A stretch of DNA of 64,000 nt from Enoplolaimus lenunculus. Lineage: Eukaryota. A program made the position numbers and the translations under genes. Shown piece by piece: positions 1-13,000 of the stretch. Location of the stretch: the NCBI GenBank assembly GCA_030248215.1, contig JASANG010000727.1, positions 62,001 through 126,000 of the forward strand, read 5' to 3'. Each line of letters begins with the position of its first letter. Position 1 is the first letter of the stretch. Under the pieces are notes generated by a model, which was given only the letters and a program-made list of their open reading frames with translations, ran no database searches and was not told where the DNA came from.

Positions 1-97
1 CAGTGTTGGCAACATGGACCAAAATTCTGCTAGGGATACAGAGCAGTGTTGGCAACATGGACCAAAATTCTGCTAGAGATACAGAGCAGTGTTGGCA
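1..97. repeat. 43-bp tandem repeat, truncated by the window edge
   Basis: CAGTGTTGGC starts at 1, 44 and 87. Confidence 0.85.
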
Positions 98-245
98 TTC
101 GTATAACACTAAGTCTCAATCGGATTAATGCGGAAAAAATGCGGTCAGACAAGCTGAAATGCGCATTACAAAAAGTAATTGCGGCACTTTTTAAAACACG
201 CAAAATCAAAATATTTAAACAAAATTGCGGGAAATTTAACATTTC

Positions 246-561
246 GACCAATGTAAAGAACAGGGGCAGAACAGTATAAACATATTTCTAAGCCTAAGCT
301 TTAAGCCTGAGCCTAAGCCTAAGCGTAGGAATGAGCATATTCCTAAGCCTAAACCTAAGCATGAGAATGAGCATATTTCTAAGCTTAAAGACTAAGCATA
401 AGAATGAGCATATGCCTAAGCCTAAGTCTAAGAATGAGCATATGCCTAAGCCTAAGTCTAAGCCTAAGCGTAAGCAAAGCAAAAAATAGTCTAAAGCTTT
501 AGCTTACTCTATATTGCAATCCCACAGAAGAACGTTCCAACCCCTGATCTTTACATAGGCC
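246..561. mobile_element. GGCC-terminal MITE with internal TTAGGC repeats (subfamily B)
   Basis: GACCAATGTAAAGA...TCTTTACATAGGCC termini; exact TSD AACATTTC; degenerate internal (CCTAAG)n. Confidence 0.8.
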
Positions 562-1200
562 AACATTTCTAACAGAGAGGTGGCTATGCTATATTTGCTG
601 TACGGAAGCATGCTCGTACGCAAAAGCCAGCACAACGTCTACTGAAACGTTACCGAAAAATTTATTTTTAACGCTATTTTATCGCTTATAATGGTGCGAA
701 CACACAGAATGACAAAATCCTGAAACAAATGCAAAAGCTGAAACTTATGCAGTATGACACAAATTAAAAATTTGGGCAATACACGCTGAGACAACTTTAA
801 AAAATAAGTTAGAATAATATGAAAATTTTTCTTAAGTTTTTTCCGAATGAGAAAAATTTGGAATACGAAAATACCTTCCAGAATCGAATAGTGAAAAATA
901 CCGGATTTCCCTACCGGAACCGGAATTCCGGTTGCATCCTAACGGTCACCATACAATTTTACGGTTCTCCCATTTTCTGCTGACGCCCATGAGCATCCGA
1001 CTGCACCCTGGTGGCTACAGAAGACCAAACAGCAAACACTAAACACCTGAAACAACTTTCAAGTTCAAAGCTTTAATATCGAGCCAATATTCCAAAAAGC
1101 GCTGTAAAAATACACATAAAATAGTCTTATTTCGTGCGTCCACTTTAAAAATGTATTAACGTTGCACAGTTTACCAAACACCAACCTATACGCTTTAAAG

Positions 1201-1590
1201 CAGGGCCGGATTATAAGGTGGTGGAAGGCACCTGGGCCCATATGACCAGGAGGTTTTGCGCTCGTATGACAAAGAGGCCCGGGGCCCATATGTTAACAGG
1301 TCATTTTTTAACATAATTATTTTATACGCCAGAGCTTAAAGTGATACATTTTAATGAAACAAGTTGTACCAAAAATATGAAAAAAATTTGCCGGCAGTGG
1401 GACCGTTCTATATTTGCACTTTTCGGCCGTCCCAGACAGGTTCGAGAGAGCTTCCCAATGCAATGTTTCACAGCTTGTATAACTTCGTGGTCCGCGAAAA
1501 TGTTTTGTTGGCTTGTTATCCGGTGAAACATATTGACGGTTTTCGGTAGACTGGAGGCCCGGGGCCCGGACCCCCTTTAATCTGGTGCTG
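1201..1590. mobile_element. hAT-like MITE
   Basis: CAGGGCCGGATTA...TAATCTGGTGCTG termini; exact 8-bp TSD CTTTAAAG. Confidence 0.8.
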
Positions 1591-1933
1591 CTTTAAAGTA
1601 ATCAACTTCGACAAGAAATACACCAAGTGCAGTCAATCTTTGGTTGTATCCTGCCGTCATGATTGGCTCAAAATATTTTACGCCTGTTTCATTAATAAAG
1701 TTTTCATTATTCCCGGTTCCTTTACAGAAACGACCGGGCTATTGTTGTCCAAGCACCAGGCAGTCAAAATCCAAATAAATTTTCAAACTAAGCAAAATTC
1801 ATTAATATACTTTTGACACTTCAAGAATATTTTATTTTAAAAAAATCTGTATAAAATATTAAATATTACATAAAATACCAATCATTTCAAACTGCTTAAA
1901 GCATCACGTACGCTCAAACTGAATAAAACAATC

Positions 1934-2136
1934 GGCCTATGTATAGAACGGCCCAATTGGCCCATGTATGGAATAGGGCCGGATCGCTTTCCGGAGGGGC
2001 TATAATAGAGTCAGTTTAAGCTTTAGACTAATTTTTTGCATAGGCTTAGACTTAGGAATAGGCCCATCTTTACGCTTAGGTTTAGGCTTAGGAATGTGCT
2101 TATACCACTGTTCCGACCCTGTTCTATACATGAGCC
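1934..2136. mobile_element. GGCC-terminal telomere-repeat MITE (subfamily B)
   Basis: GGCCTATGTATAGAAC...GTTCTATACATGAGCC termini; exact TSD AAACAATC. Confidence 0.8.
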
Positions 2137-2368
2137 AAACAATCCATAAAACGACGCCCTTTCCCCATATAAAGCACTATTTTAGCAATGATATATACGT
2201 CACCCCACAACCTGGAATTGTTTTATGGGTAAGATAAGATTTATCGAGGGGCAAAAAATATTCCAACGCTGTACAAAGTTTTCGGCCAGAGCAGAGACGT
2301 TCGTGAGACTGTGCAATTCCCTTACCGTGGTTGTGGCCCTGTGTAAACCCTAAAACTACTACTTTCAA

Positions 2369-2514
2369 GGCCCATGTTACTTTATAAGGGGCGTCCAGGT
2401 TTCTGTTGAGTCTATAAAAGAGTAGGTTTAGATTTTGGATTACATTTTTTTGCTTAGGCTTAGGATTAGGAATACGCTTAATGTACTGTTACACCCCTCA
2501 AAGTAACATCGGCC
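2369..2514. mobile_element. GGCC-terminal telomere-repeat MITE (subfamily A)
   Basis: GGCCCATGTTACTTT...AAAGTAACATCGGCC; TSD ACTTTCAA/ACTTTAAA. Other copies at 4230-4438, 8159-8307, ~8569-8754, 9508-9662, 21241-21436, 23827-24016, 28787-29037, 30064-30282. Confidence 0.85.
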
Positions 2515-2790
2515 ACTTTAAACATGATATAGGGGTCTAAACACAATAAGTCTCCATGGCAACAAAGTTATACCAAGCAGTCTGAGTCATAATAGTTGTA
2601 TTAAACGGTTACTTAACTGAACGCTGTATTTAAGTAGGCTAACATGAAATATACAAGATCTGAAAGTTCAACAAATTCTACCGAAACTACAGCCATACCC
2701 GGAGCATGAGTAAAAATTAGGTAGCAAGCAAGCTATGTTAAATTTGCTCTTTTTAACAATATATAATAAAAGTCTTGTAGAAATTAATTT

Positions 2791-3010
2791 TACACTGCAA
2801 ACCATGGTGAGACAAATTGACTCCCTGAAATAGGCTTTTCATAACTACACAAACTGAGTCAAAATTTGACTCCGCCAGAGTCAAATTCGATTCCCTGAAT
2901 CGCTCAGTGAGTCGAATCGGTCTCTGACGGAGTCGAATTTGACTCAGTTTCTGTAGTCAGGAAAATGCTATTTCGGAGAGTCAATTTGACTCACCATTTT
3001 TTGCAGTGTT
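2791..3010. mobile_element. Palindromic MITE with CACTGCAAA termini
   Basis: TACACTGCAAA...TTTGCAGTGT with long internal inverted symmetry; related copies at 20752-20975 and a partial one at 3550-3660. Confidence 0.7.
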
Positions 3011-4039
3011 ATGGTCATCTGCTACCGGAACCAAAAATAACCATTTTAAAGTTATTCACATAGCCAAAGTGGATGCAATAATTACAAAATTCAGCTAATT
3101 TATAGAACAGAACTGTAACAGTAAGTATAAGCATAATCCTAAGTCTAAGTTTAAGCGTGTGCTTATACCTAAGCATACGCCTAAACATACACAAAAAACG
3201 TCACTCTGAAGCTTTTAGCTTGCTCTATTGCAGTGCCGCAGAAAAACGTTCCACATCTTTACTTTATACATGCGTCCAAAATTTAAATAAAACTAGCATT
3301 TTTTATCAGAAAACTTCAAATTTTTTTGCGTTATGAATTGGTTTGTTTCATCTTCCAATTACATGTAATTATCAATATAAAGTTTAGCAGGAACAATGCC
3401 AAAATTACATATCGCTAGCGTTTAAACTTTACCAATTTAAATACGTGTAGTAGAAACCAACAGTCAGCTCTTAGTGCTCATAGGACTACCAGAACACGAA
3501 CGTAATCTATTGTAATCTTTTCAAGCAATTATTTTAAAATATAATTGTGTACACTGCAAGAAATGGTGAATCAAATTGACTCTCTCCGAAATAGGCTTTT
3601 CCAGCCTACACAAACTGAGTCAAATTCGACTCCGCCAGAGTCAAATTCAACTCAGTAGAGGAAAAGTAATGAAACACATTTTACTCCCTTAAATTTATTA
3701 ATATAAGAAAACTTCAGCTGGTATTTTTTAATATTTTTCCAGAAAACTTACAATTTCACAAAAATTGTGAACATTTCATTTAGAAGTTTCTGAAACAATC
3801 GCTCGCAAATTGAAAACTTTGTCAAATGAAGGTACAATTGAAAATATTTATTGCAGTATTTGTCTCTAAAACTTTGACGCAACTCAAAACGGTTTGAGTT
3901 TCACCCAACGAAACGAATAACATCCAACGATCGCAAACAAATATTTGTATATATACCATATTAATTAACACATTTAAATAATTATTAATTTTGGCAAAGT
4001 TTACACTTTCATTCCGTCACACCTGAACAGCACAAATTT

Positions 4040-7000
4040 TCAAGCTTTGCGACACATCAATAGAAACCACGGGAAAACAGCTGCGATAACAGCGGCCGAA
4101 GCACAAGTTTCACCTACGGCATTTAAGATTCTGAAACAAAAGTGAAATTTCAAAATCAAAAATGAACCATTTGGTATATGGATGGATTCGTTGTGGCACC
4201 ACTTCAGTCATATCGTCAGTACGGTTAGCGGCCAGTGTTATTTTAAGGGGTGTAACCGTAGATTAAGCGTATTCCTAAGCCTAAGCCTAAGCCTACGCGT
4301 TGCAAGAATGTGTTCCTAAGCCTAAGCCTAAGCGTATTCCTAAGCCTAAGCCTAAGCAAAAAAATATAATCTAGAATCTAAACGTACTGTTTAATAGACC
4401 CACCAGTAACCTGGACGCTCCTTAGAGTAACATGAGCCCGGTTAGTTATGGCAGCCATCGCCAACAGTTCGAAGCAAGTAATAGTGAAACAGCTTTACTG
4501 TGGTTAGCATTTTACAGACGGCTTATAAATAAAGAAGTGTCGATACTAAAATTTTTGCCGATGCCGATTCTTATTTTGCAAAGGTGCCGATGCCGATTTT
4601 TATTTTGAAAATGTGCCGATGCCGATTCTTATTTTGAAAATGTGCCGATGCCGATTCTTATTTTGAAAATGTGCCGATGCCGATTCTTATTTTGAAAATG
4701 TGCCGATGCCGATTCTTATTTTGAAAATGTGCCGATGCCGATTCTTATTTTGAAAATGTGCCGATGCCGATTCTTATTTTGAAAATGTGCCGATGCCGAT
4801 TCTTATTTTGAAAATGTGCCGATGCCGATTTCAATTTTAGCACACCATGTTTAAAGAACATATAGGATACCATATTACATCACTGCGTGAAGACTTAAAC
4901 TCTAACCACCATAAAAGATTATAATTTTATGAGAACGGTTCATTTCAATTAGTTTTTTTTTTCAAACACAAATACAAGAGAGATATTAACAGTTTCCCTG
5001 ATCACACACACCGATATGCGCCAAGAAGTGAAACAGATAGCATTTCATCTCACTGTTTTGTATAAAGTACCGGCAAAGAATCGGCAATCTTTTGCAGTGA
5101 CAATGTCGATACTCGCGAAAAGTGCCGATTATTACCGATGCCGATACTCGCGAAAAGTGCCGATTATTACCGACGCCGATACTCGCGAAAAGTGCCGATT
5201 ATTACCGATGCCGATACTCGCGAAAATGCCGATTATTACCAATACCGATGGCGATGAATCGACACATTCCTACTTATAAAATGAAAAGCACAACGAACCA
5301 ATAGGAGATGTCTCGTTTTGTTAAATATTCACACAAAAAAACAAAATATTACAAGCTGCCGAACTAAAGTTAAACAAAGCTCATATAGCGCTAGCGTGAA
5401 GCAAACCGGAAACGGAAAATGATTAAATTTGCCGTCGCTAATGAAACGGATATCGCAACAGTTACAAATTTGTTTCAGCCGACATCTTGGACTGATTACG
5501 GTGACTAGACACTGTGGCATTTGCTGCGATCCGTAGTCATATTGACGATATGACTGAAATGTTGTCAAGGAGACAAGTACAATAAGTGAATAAACGCAGT
5601 TGTTGACCTGCAAGTACTAAATTACTAAGCTAATTTATTATGAATTATGATAGACTAATAATTTTCTGTTCTAAAATCTTGACCCGTATTCTCAGATTTG
5701 TGTCTACCACGTATGTCCAGTTGGTGATAGGTTTTATAACTTTCGAACCGATGAATGCTGAGAACTGAAAATTTCGTACATTTTTCGCATTTTCATTGCG
5801 CTGCTGCTGTAGTAATTTTGAGTTCAACAGCTGCAATAGTTAGCGAGTTTGACAACCTATAATACTAACTGAAGATAGTTGCTATACACATATGAGAATA
5901 CAGGCCCTTATATAAATGGGCAAAGGGTATTCATAACACTTAAATATACACAGGAAACCATTGCAAGTTTTGGGGCTAAAAATTCCGATATCAGGGCATA
6001 TAGAAGCATTTGTGGATGATTGCTACTGATGACAATTTGACAACGTTCGTTCTCTGTAATTTGGATTGCGTTTCAAAGAGAAGAAGTTTGTACCAGGGTG
6101 GCAACAAAGGAACGGATTCGGATTTGGCTAAAATTTGAGGTTCGGATTCGGATTCGGTTGTGGAAAAGCCGAATCCAACAAAGTTCGGCAATATGTTTTT
6201 TCATTTTTAAGCAATAAAATTTTTAAATACCTTGCTATAAAAATCAATATTTTTTATTTCAGGTGAGAAATCTCAGAACTGACGTCGGGACGAAATATAT
6301 TAACGTATTAAAAGTTATACGGCTGGCATTGCGTTAATATTCTGAAACAATTATAGATATATCTGAAATTTGCAACATGCAGGATTCAGATTCGGATTCG
6401 GCAAGTTAGCACTGGATTCGAATTCGGATTCGGTGCCACCCTGGTTTGTACGCATGGGTAAACCGAAATACACATTTCGGATCTTGTACACTTTCCCTCA
6501 CAGTGAAGGCTACGGTTTAGCCTTACGAAAACGCTCGAGTAAGCTGTTTGTAAGCCTAAATCAGAGCCGAAACCTGCGTGTGTGAAGTGTACAACAATCC
6601 ATATTTCATTACTTTATCCGCAGGTCAGACAAAATATCGTGATCAGGATGCTGTTGTAGATAGTTGCGGATGCCGCTCCAGGTTCCAATATAGTCGACAA
6701 ACCGTTCGACGGTCATCTGTCGCTCTAAGTACAACGCCGGATCATTTCTGAAACATACAAAACAAAGTTTATACAATGGATCGACCCAGAAATTGTCTAA
6801 CAAACTACCGTCAGAGTTACAAATTTCATTGGCCATACAAGCATAACCAAGCGTGGAACCAGGTATTGGTACCAGACGGGCAGACAGATTTATCAATAAA
6901 GGGTGAACGCCTTTCGAACATAGAATTCGTTTAATGTTGTCCATAAATTTTTCGACCCCGGGGGGAGGGAAGTGGTAAAAGCGAAGATGACAATAGTGAC

Positions 7001-10000
7001 CCCAAGTAGTCACCACCACCGTAGTTGCGGTGTTGAATACAGTACTCCGCTGCCAACGCTAACTCTGCGATTCTATTTAGCGCAATATAGGCAAAAGAAA
7101 CGTTAACTTAAAATTTATTTCGTAGCTTAGAAGACAATTTTCCAAATTAAAATCAAACAATTCATTAATTTTATCTGCGTACTCTAGTGACCCGAATAAG
7201 AGGGAGTAATAAGAGGGAGGTCCCCATTCACAATCAATAATAGTCCGTATCCCAGTCCGTAAGCGCATAGAGTCCCTAAACCCTAATTAGAGTCCATAAA
7301 TGTCAATTATCTCTAATTGTAGCGCATTCGAAACTTTAAACCGTACTTTTGAAAGTACATTCCTAAGTGTAACCTTGCAATACCGCTCAAGCTATTGACA
7401 CAAGACAAACAAACGTTTAATTCAACGGATAATTGCAGTACCGGATATATATCAGTAACGAAGGGTGGCGGAGCGTGGGTTAAAAATAAATAACAGTCCA
7501 TAACCGAATGCTAAGGAGGGGTTCCCTCTGGAGAGGCCAAATAAATATCAGTGCCCTCCTCTTATTCGGATCACTACAGTATAAACACGATGCATATGAA
7601 TGTTTTTTGCTTGAAAATAACAACAAGATGTTCTTTCAGTGTGTTCATCTTAAACCATACCTATTCACTAATACTAAAAAACATCAGAGTTTATAATTTA
7701 AAAAATCCAAAAAGTTGCAATTTTGGCCTTTTTGGTTTCATTAAAACCCTGGTGTGGACAGCTACAAAGTCGTAAATTTACCAGCGTAGCTCAAATTATA
7801 CGTATATTTTCACGAAATTTGACCGTTTTAACGGTTTGATACCGTTCACGAGGGCTGTTTTAAATTGACGTATACAGTTTCACGTGACGTGGGACCACAG
7901 TTGAATTATATCTCAAAGGTTTGAGTTACAATGTTTTTTCAAATTTACCCAATACCTAATGAGGCTGAGTAAAAACTGGTTAAACCATTTTTTTAAAGTT
8001 TTTTACCGTATCCAACTGCAAACCAATTAATCATCATTCAGTGTCAAATATTTTTCGTATCTCGACTTCAAACAGAAACCGTTGCTATTATAACAGTTTT
8101 GTGTTTGCATTTTGTTCCAAAGCCTTCAAAGGTTGGACGCAGTTCTGCTCAACTATTTGGCCAATGTTACTTTGAGGGGCGTAATCGTAGATTACGCGTA
8201 TTCCTAAGCGTAAGGCTAAGCCTAAGCAAAAAATGTAATCTAGAATCTAAACCCACTCGTTTATAGACCCACCAGAAACCTGGACGCGCCTTAAAGTAAC
8301 ATGAGCCAACTATTTTATACATATTTGTTTGTCAAAGTCCATTTAACCAGGAACTGTTACTAGAGAAGGCAGACATATTGCCAGATTTGGCAAACACAAA
8401 TACTTTCCAAACACCAAATTCTTTTAAAACACTTGATGCATATCCATTGGGTGGGGCATCAGCCCTCATTCCTGGAAAAACTTTCCTCAAATGCTGGGTA
8501 TGGGGGGGTGGCCGCTCCGGCCCTGGTGATTGCATTTCTTTGATTATTCTCACAATGCCTGGTTAGTTGCCGTTTACTTCAAAGGGCGTCCAGGTTTCTG
8601 GTGGGTCTATAAAAGAGTAGGTATAGATTCTAGATTACATTTTTGCTTAGGCTTAGGCTTAGGCTTAGGAACACATTTTTGCAACGCTTAGGCTTAGGCT
8701 TAGGCTTAGGAATACGCTTAATCTACTGTTACGCCCCTTACAGTAACATTGGCCATTCACACAATGACTGGTTATTTGCCCGTCACACTGATTGTGACCA
8801 AATGTCTTCGAAGCCAAACATATCCTGGCACAATCGAGTTGTTTTCATTTAAACCCGAATTAAAAAATTGAATTTTGCGATAAACAACGCGAAAAAACCC
8901 TGTCTCTCGTGTCTTCGTTGCGGTTGCATTTACGCATTCTTTGCTCGCTTGAAAAGTTCCAAATCACAACACAAAACAAACAGTTGTACACGCAAATGGT
9001 GACATTTAAGTCATTCTTTTCAAAAAATTTACCACATCGAATTCTGGTTAAAAAACCCATACATCGGCCAAGGAATCTGAAATGTTTTTGTTACGCTAGC
9101 GACAATCGTTTGCAATTTAACTCAATTGCGAAATGCTACTCTCTAAAAGCGTAAACTAACTTGATTTCAGCTTAAGCTAATCCACCAGTATTAAACTAAG
9201 TTTTTAGATTAACTAAACTAACAGGTTGGTTTACTTTTAAACTAATTTAAAATTTTAGGTATTTTTAGTTTAAGCTAAACTTAGTGATTGTTATGATACA
9301 CATAATTTGTGAGATGGATTTTGTACATAAACGAAAAATAAGTTTACTTAAACTCGTGTTAAACTTAGAAATATGTTAGTAAAATTCTAGTTTAGTTAGT
9401 CCGTCCAGCCATTTAAGTTATATTTAAACTAATATTCAAGTTTAGTTAAGCTATAATCTAAGTTTAAGTTTTTAGGGAGTACATGGATCCATCCAGATTA
9501 AAAGTTTGGCCCATGTTACTTTTAGGGTCGTCCGGGTTTCTGGTGGGTCTGTAAAAGAGTAGACTTTAGGCTTAAGAATAGGCTTAGGAATACGCCTTCA
9601 CAACGGTTACGCTTAGGCTTAACGCTTAATCTACCGTTATGGCGCTAAAGGTAACATTGGCCAAAAGTTTCATATACTTCCGGTCCTGAAAAGACGGAAA
9701 ACTACAAATAAACAATCCTATTTTATTCACAAACGCTGCAGTCTAGTAACATACGTATATGGCTCGCGTATCTTACCATTCCGAGCGTATTTAGGTCCAA
9801 AAACCAGACCGTTAATCAAGCATACCCTGTATTTATTGTGTTCCAAAACCTGTGTCAATAGCATTAAGCTAACTGCGACAAGAGCCCATATTCTCAACTG
9901 TGAGTAGCACCTATAACCAGTTGGAGATAGATCCTGCACCTTTGGAACCAGCGCATGGTGAGGTTCGAAATTCAGCACATTGTTCGCGTTTGATTTGCTC

Positions 10001-13000
10001 TACTTCTGTACCAATTTTGAGATGTGCAACTGCAGATGTTCGACAGTTTGAAAACTGATCGCTAATTGATGATAGGTGCTATACGCAGTTGAGAATATGG
10101 GCCTAGACCCGAAAACGTAAACTCGTGCACTTATATCGGATTGAAAATTTGACGAACCGAACCAAGTTTGCCCTAAAACACAACGTCGCAATAGGATACT
10201 TAACGAGCCTATTCAATTCTAAGTTTCCGGTAAACTCAAATTTAAAACTTGCGTTTGAGCTAACACTGCAATAAAAAATTATGACATACGATCTAACAAA
10301 ATAGGATCTTATCAAACAATGTGACCAGTACATCAAACAGGATGCAAAGCGAACTATATTACCGGAACCGGAAGTACAAATTTTGTGACCATAAGGATAA
10401 TTTGTATTAACAAGTATAATATTGATTTAGGGTGTCCGTTGGCTGGCAACTATTGTCAAAAACGTCGCATGAACAAATAGGCAACCATTTTTTTTGTTTC
10501 TGTAATGCTGAACTACAATCAATTATTGATAAGTTAACTCTCATCGAAACCAATTTAATAGATTATTGATGCAGAATTTTTATGCAAGATATCACAACAT
10601 GTAGGCCTAAAATCAAAAGGTCAAAATTTCAATACATCGTACGATCGGAACTCGTTTTGAACCGGAATCCCGGTTGCACCCTGGCATTAAAGTATGCGTA
10701 GCGGTTAACTTTAAAACGAAGTTTTTGTGTAAAATACAATACTGTTGGAAAACTTCCCGGCTGTTGCATTGGAGGCTGGCGTTGCATTTTAGCTTACTTC
10801 AGTATTTGTTAAACTAACGATTTCAGCAACGCAATAGAGTTAAATGTTCCTACAGCAATAGACTAGGCACAGTACGTAGATAAGAAGATAATTGCCTTAT
10901 ACAAACGACTAAGGAAAGATAGCGATTTTTAAATTTGAACTAACAAGTTCAAAAGTTGCGCTATATTTCATTTGAGTTTTACACTTTTACAATAACAGAT
11001 TTGCTAACCTTTGACCAATGTAACGAACAGGGACGGAACAGTATTATAAGCATATTCCTAAGCCTAAACCTAAGCGTAAGAATGAGCATGTTCCTACGTC
11101 TAACTCAAGCAAAAAATTAGTCTAAAGCTTAAGCTTACTCTATTCCAGTCCCACAGAAAAACTATCCACCCCGGATCTTTACATGGGCCCCACTTTTTAC
11201 GGCTGTTCCACGTTTCCGCAACATAAAAAATTAAGGCTTCGGGTACGGTTTAGGCAAAGGTTTAGGCTTAGGCAAACCATTTTGAGACAACTAAGCCAGA
11301 GCATCAGCCAGCTTGGGGGAAACGTGCCCGAGCCGCGCTTACTGCGTTGACTCAAAACGAATGCTTGCCACATGCGTAAAACTGGTGCCATAATAAAGTT
11401 GTACGGCTAGCGGCAGGTGTTATACAAACCTCGCAATTGTACTCCGTTTGGTTCCTTAAGCAAAGTTTTTATATCCGTAGATACACAGGATTAAAAGGTT
11501 GGAAAATTTGCACCTGCATTTTTTCTTCACTGGATACCACTACTTGCGCAGTCCAAAACAATATTTTGGCGGCTCGCATGCCGTCGTAGACCGTATGTTC
11601 TCGTCCAGTTTCATGCTTACATTCAAGCTTAAGCTTAGACTCACACTTAACGCTAGATTGTCACTTATCGTGTTTCGGACTGTCTCGATATATACGGCAA
11701 ATGTGGCTTAAGCACAAACATAAGTTTTAATCTAAAGTCTTTCACACGTGCAAGGTTTTGCTGCGAAAACTTATCGCTGCAATTTGCACTTGCAAGTTTT
11801 GTTCAAAATTTCGTACGAAAAAGTTGCTGCTGCAAATATAATTCATTAATAATCATAGTTAGGAATCTAGTTCCCATGTGTGTATAACTATGGAAGTTCA
11901 CTGAATTTATTGTAGTCGTTTTCTCATTGGCTGATGAAAAAATGCACGTTCTGCGTGCGATTTGCAGCTGAAAGTTCTCGCAGTAAAAACTTGCACGTGT
12001 GAATAAGGCTTAATATTTAGCGGACTACAAATCTAAATTTCATTCTACAATCAATATTCGATGACAATATCAGAATGAGATCATTGAACCGAGTTGTTTA
12101 TTTATCAACACTGGCTGTATTTTTGATCCAATGCAATCCAAATCTAGCAACGTCTACTACCAGTTCAGGTATAACACTACAGATTACCGAACGATCGTTA
12201 TGGTATTTCGCGTCACTCGCTGAACGGCTTATCCCTCAAATTCTTAACAACGTTAGCGTGCCTCAAATGATAGGATTCGGCTACGAAGTTGCCGCACTCA
12301 CCGTTTACGACGTTACACAACCAAGAGTTCGAGCCGGATTCGTTGACGATTCTGGAATACTCGCTAAAGCAACGCTGGAACATATGAAGGTAAACATTTT
12401 AATTCTTCAACGGCAACATTAAATAATCGAGTTTGTCAGTCTAGGTTGCAACAGAGGGACATCCGACCTTTCTACTAAGCAGCTGGAAAAGCGGGCTAGA
12501 GCGGGGATCGAACTCTCAGCCTATGGATCCTTAAACGAGCACTCTACCACTGCGCCACGTAGCCCGCCTCTCCAACTGCATTTTTCGTCGGCTATATGTG
12601 TCGACCGTACAACTCAATGTGCATTACATTTATTGCATATGCACCAGGACAAGCATGTCTCACATGCTTACAGGGTTCTTGTACGTACCTGTTATCAACA
12701 CTTAAGACTTTAGGCTCAGGCCTATAATCTTAGGTTAATGCTTTCGCAATGGCATAGACAATTCTGTTCGTGCTAGAAAACCTAAAGGTAAACTGTAGAC
12801 TTTTTGATTGAAACTGTGAACATTCGTTATAATTATAAATCGTAAGCGTAGGACTGCGTTATATTTTACGGCACGGGGAACCACCCTTAGTCGCTGAGGG
12901 ACCCCACGCGTCCCACAGGTACGCGAAATGAGTTTGAAAGATAGCCACAAGAGGGTCCGCCACTCTTTGTCAACTTAAGACATTACTTCTTGAATCAATA

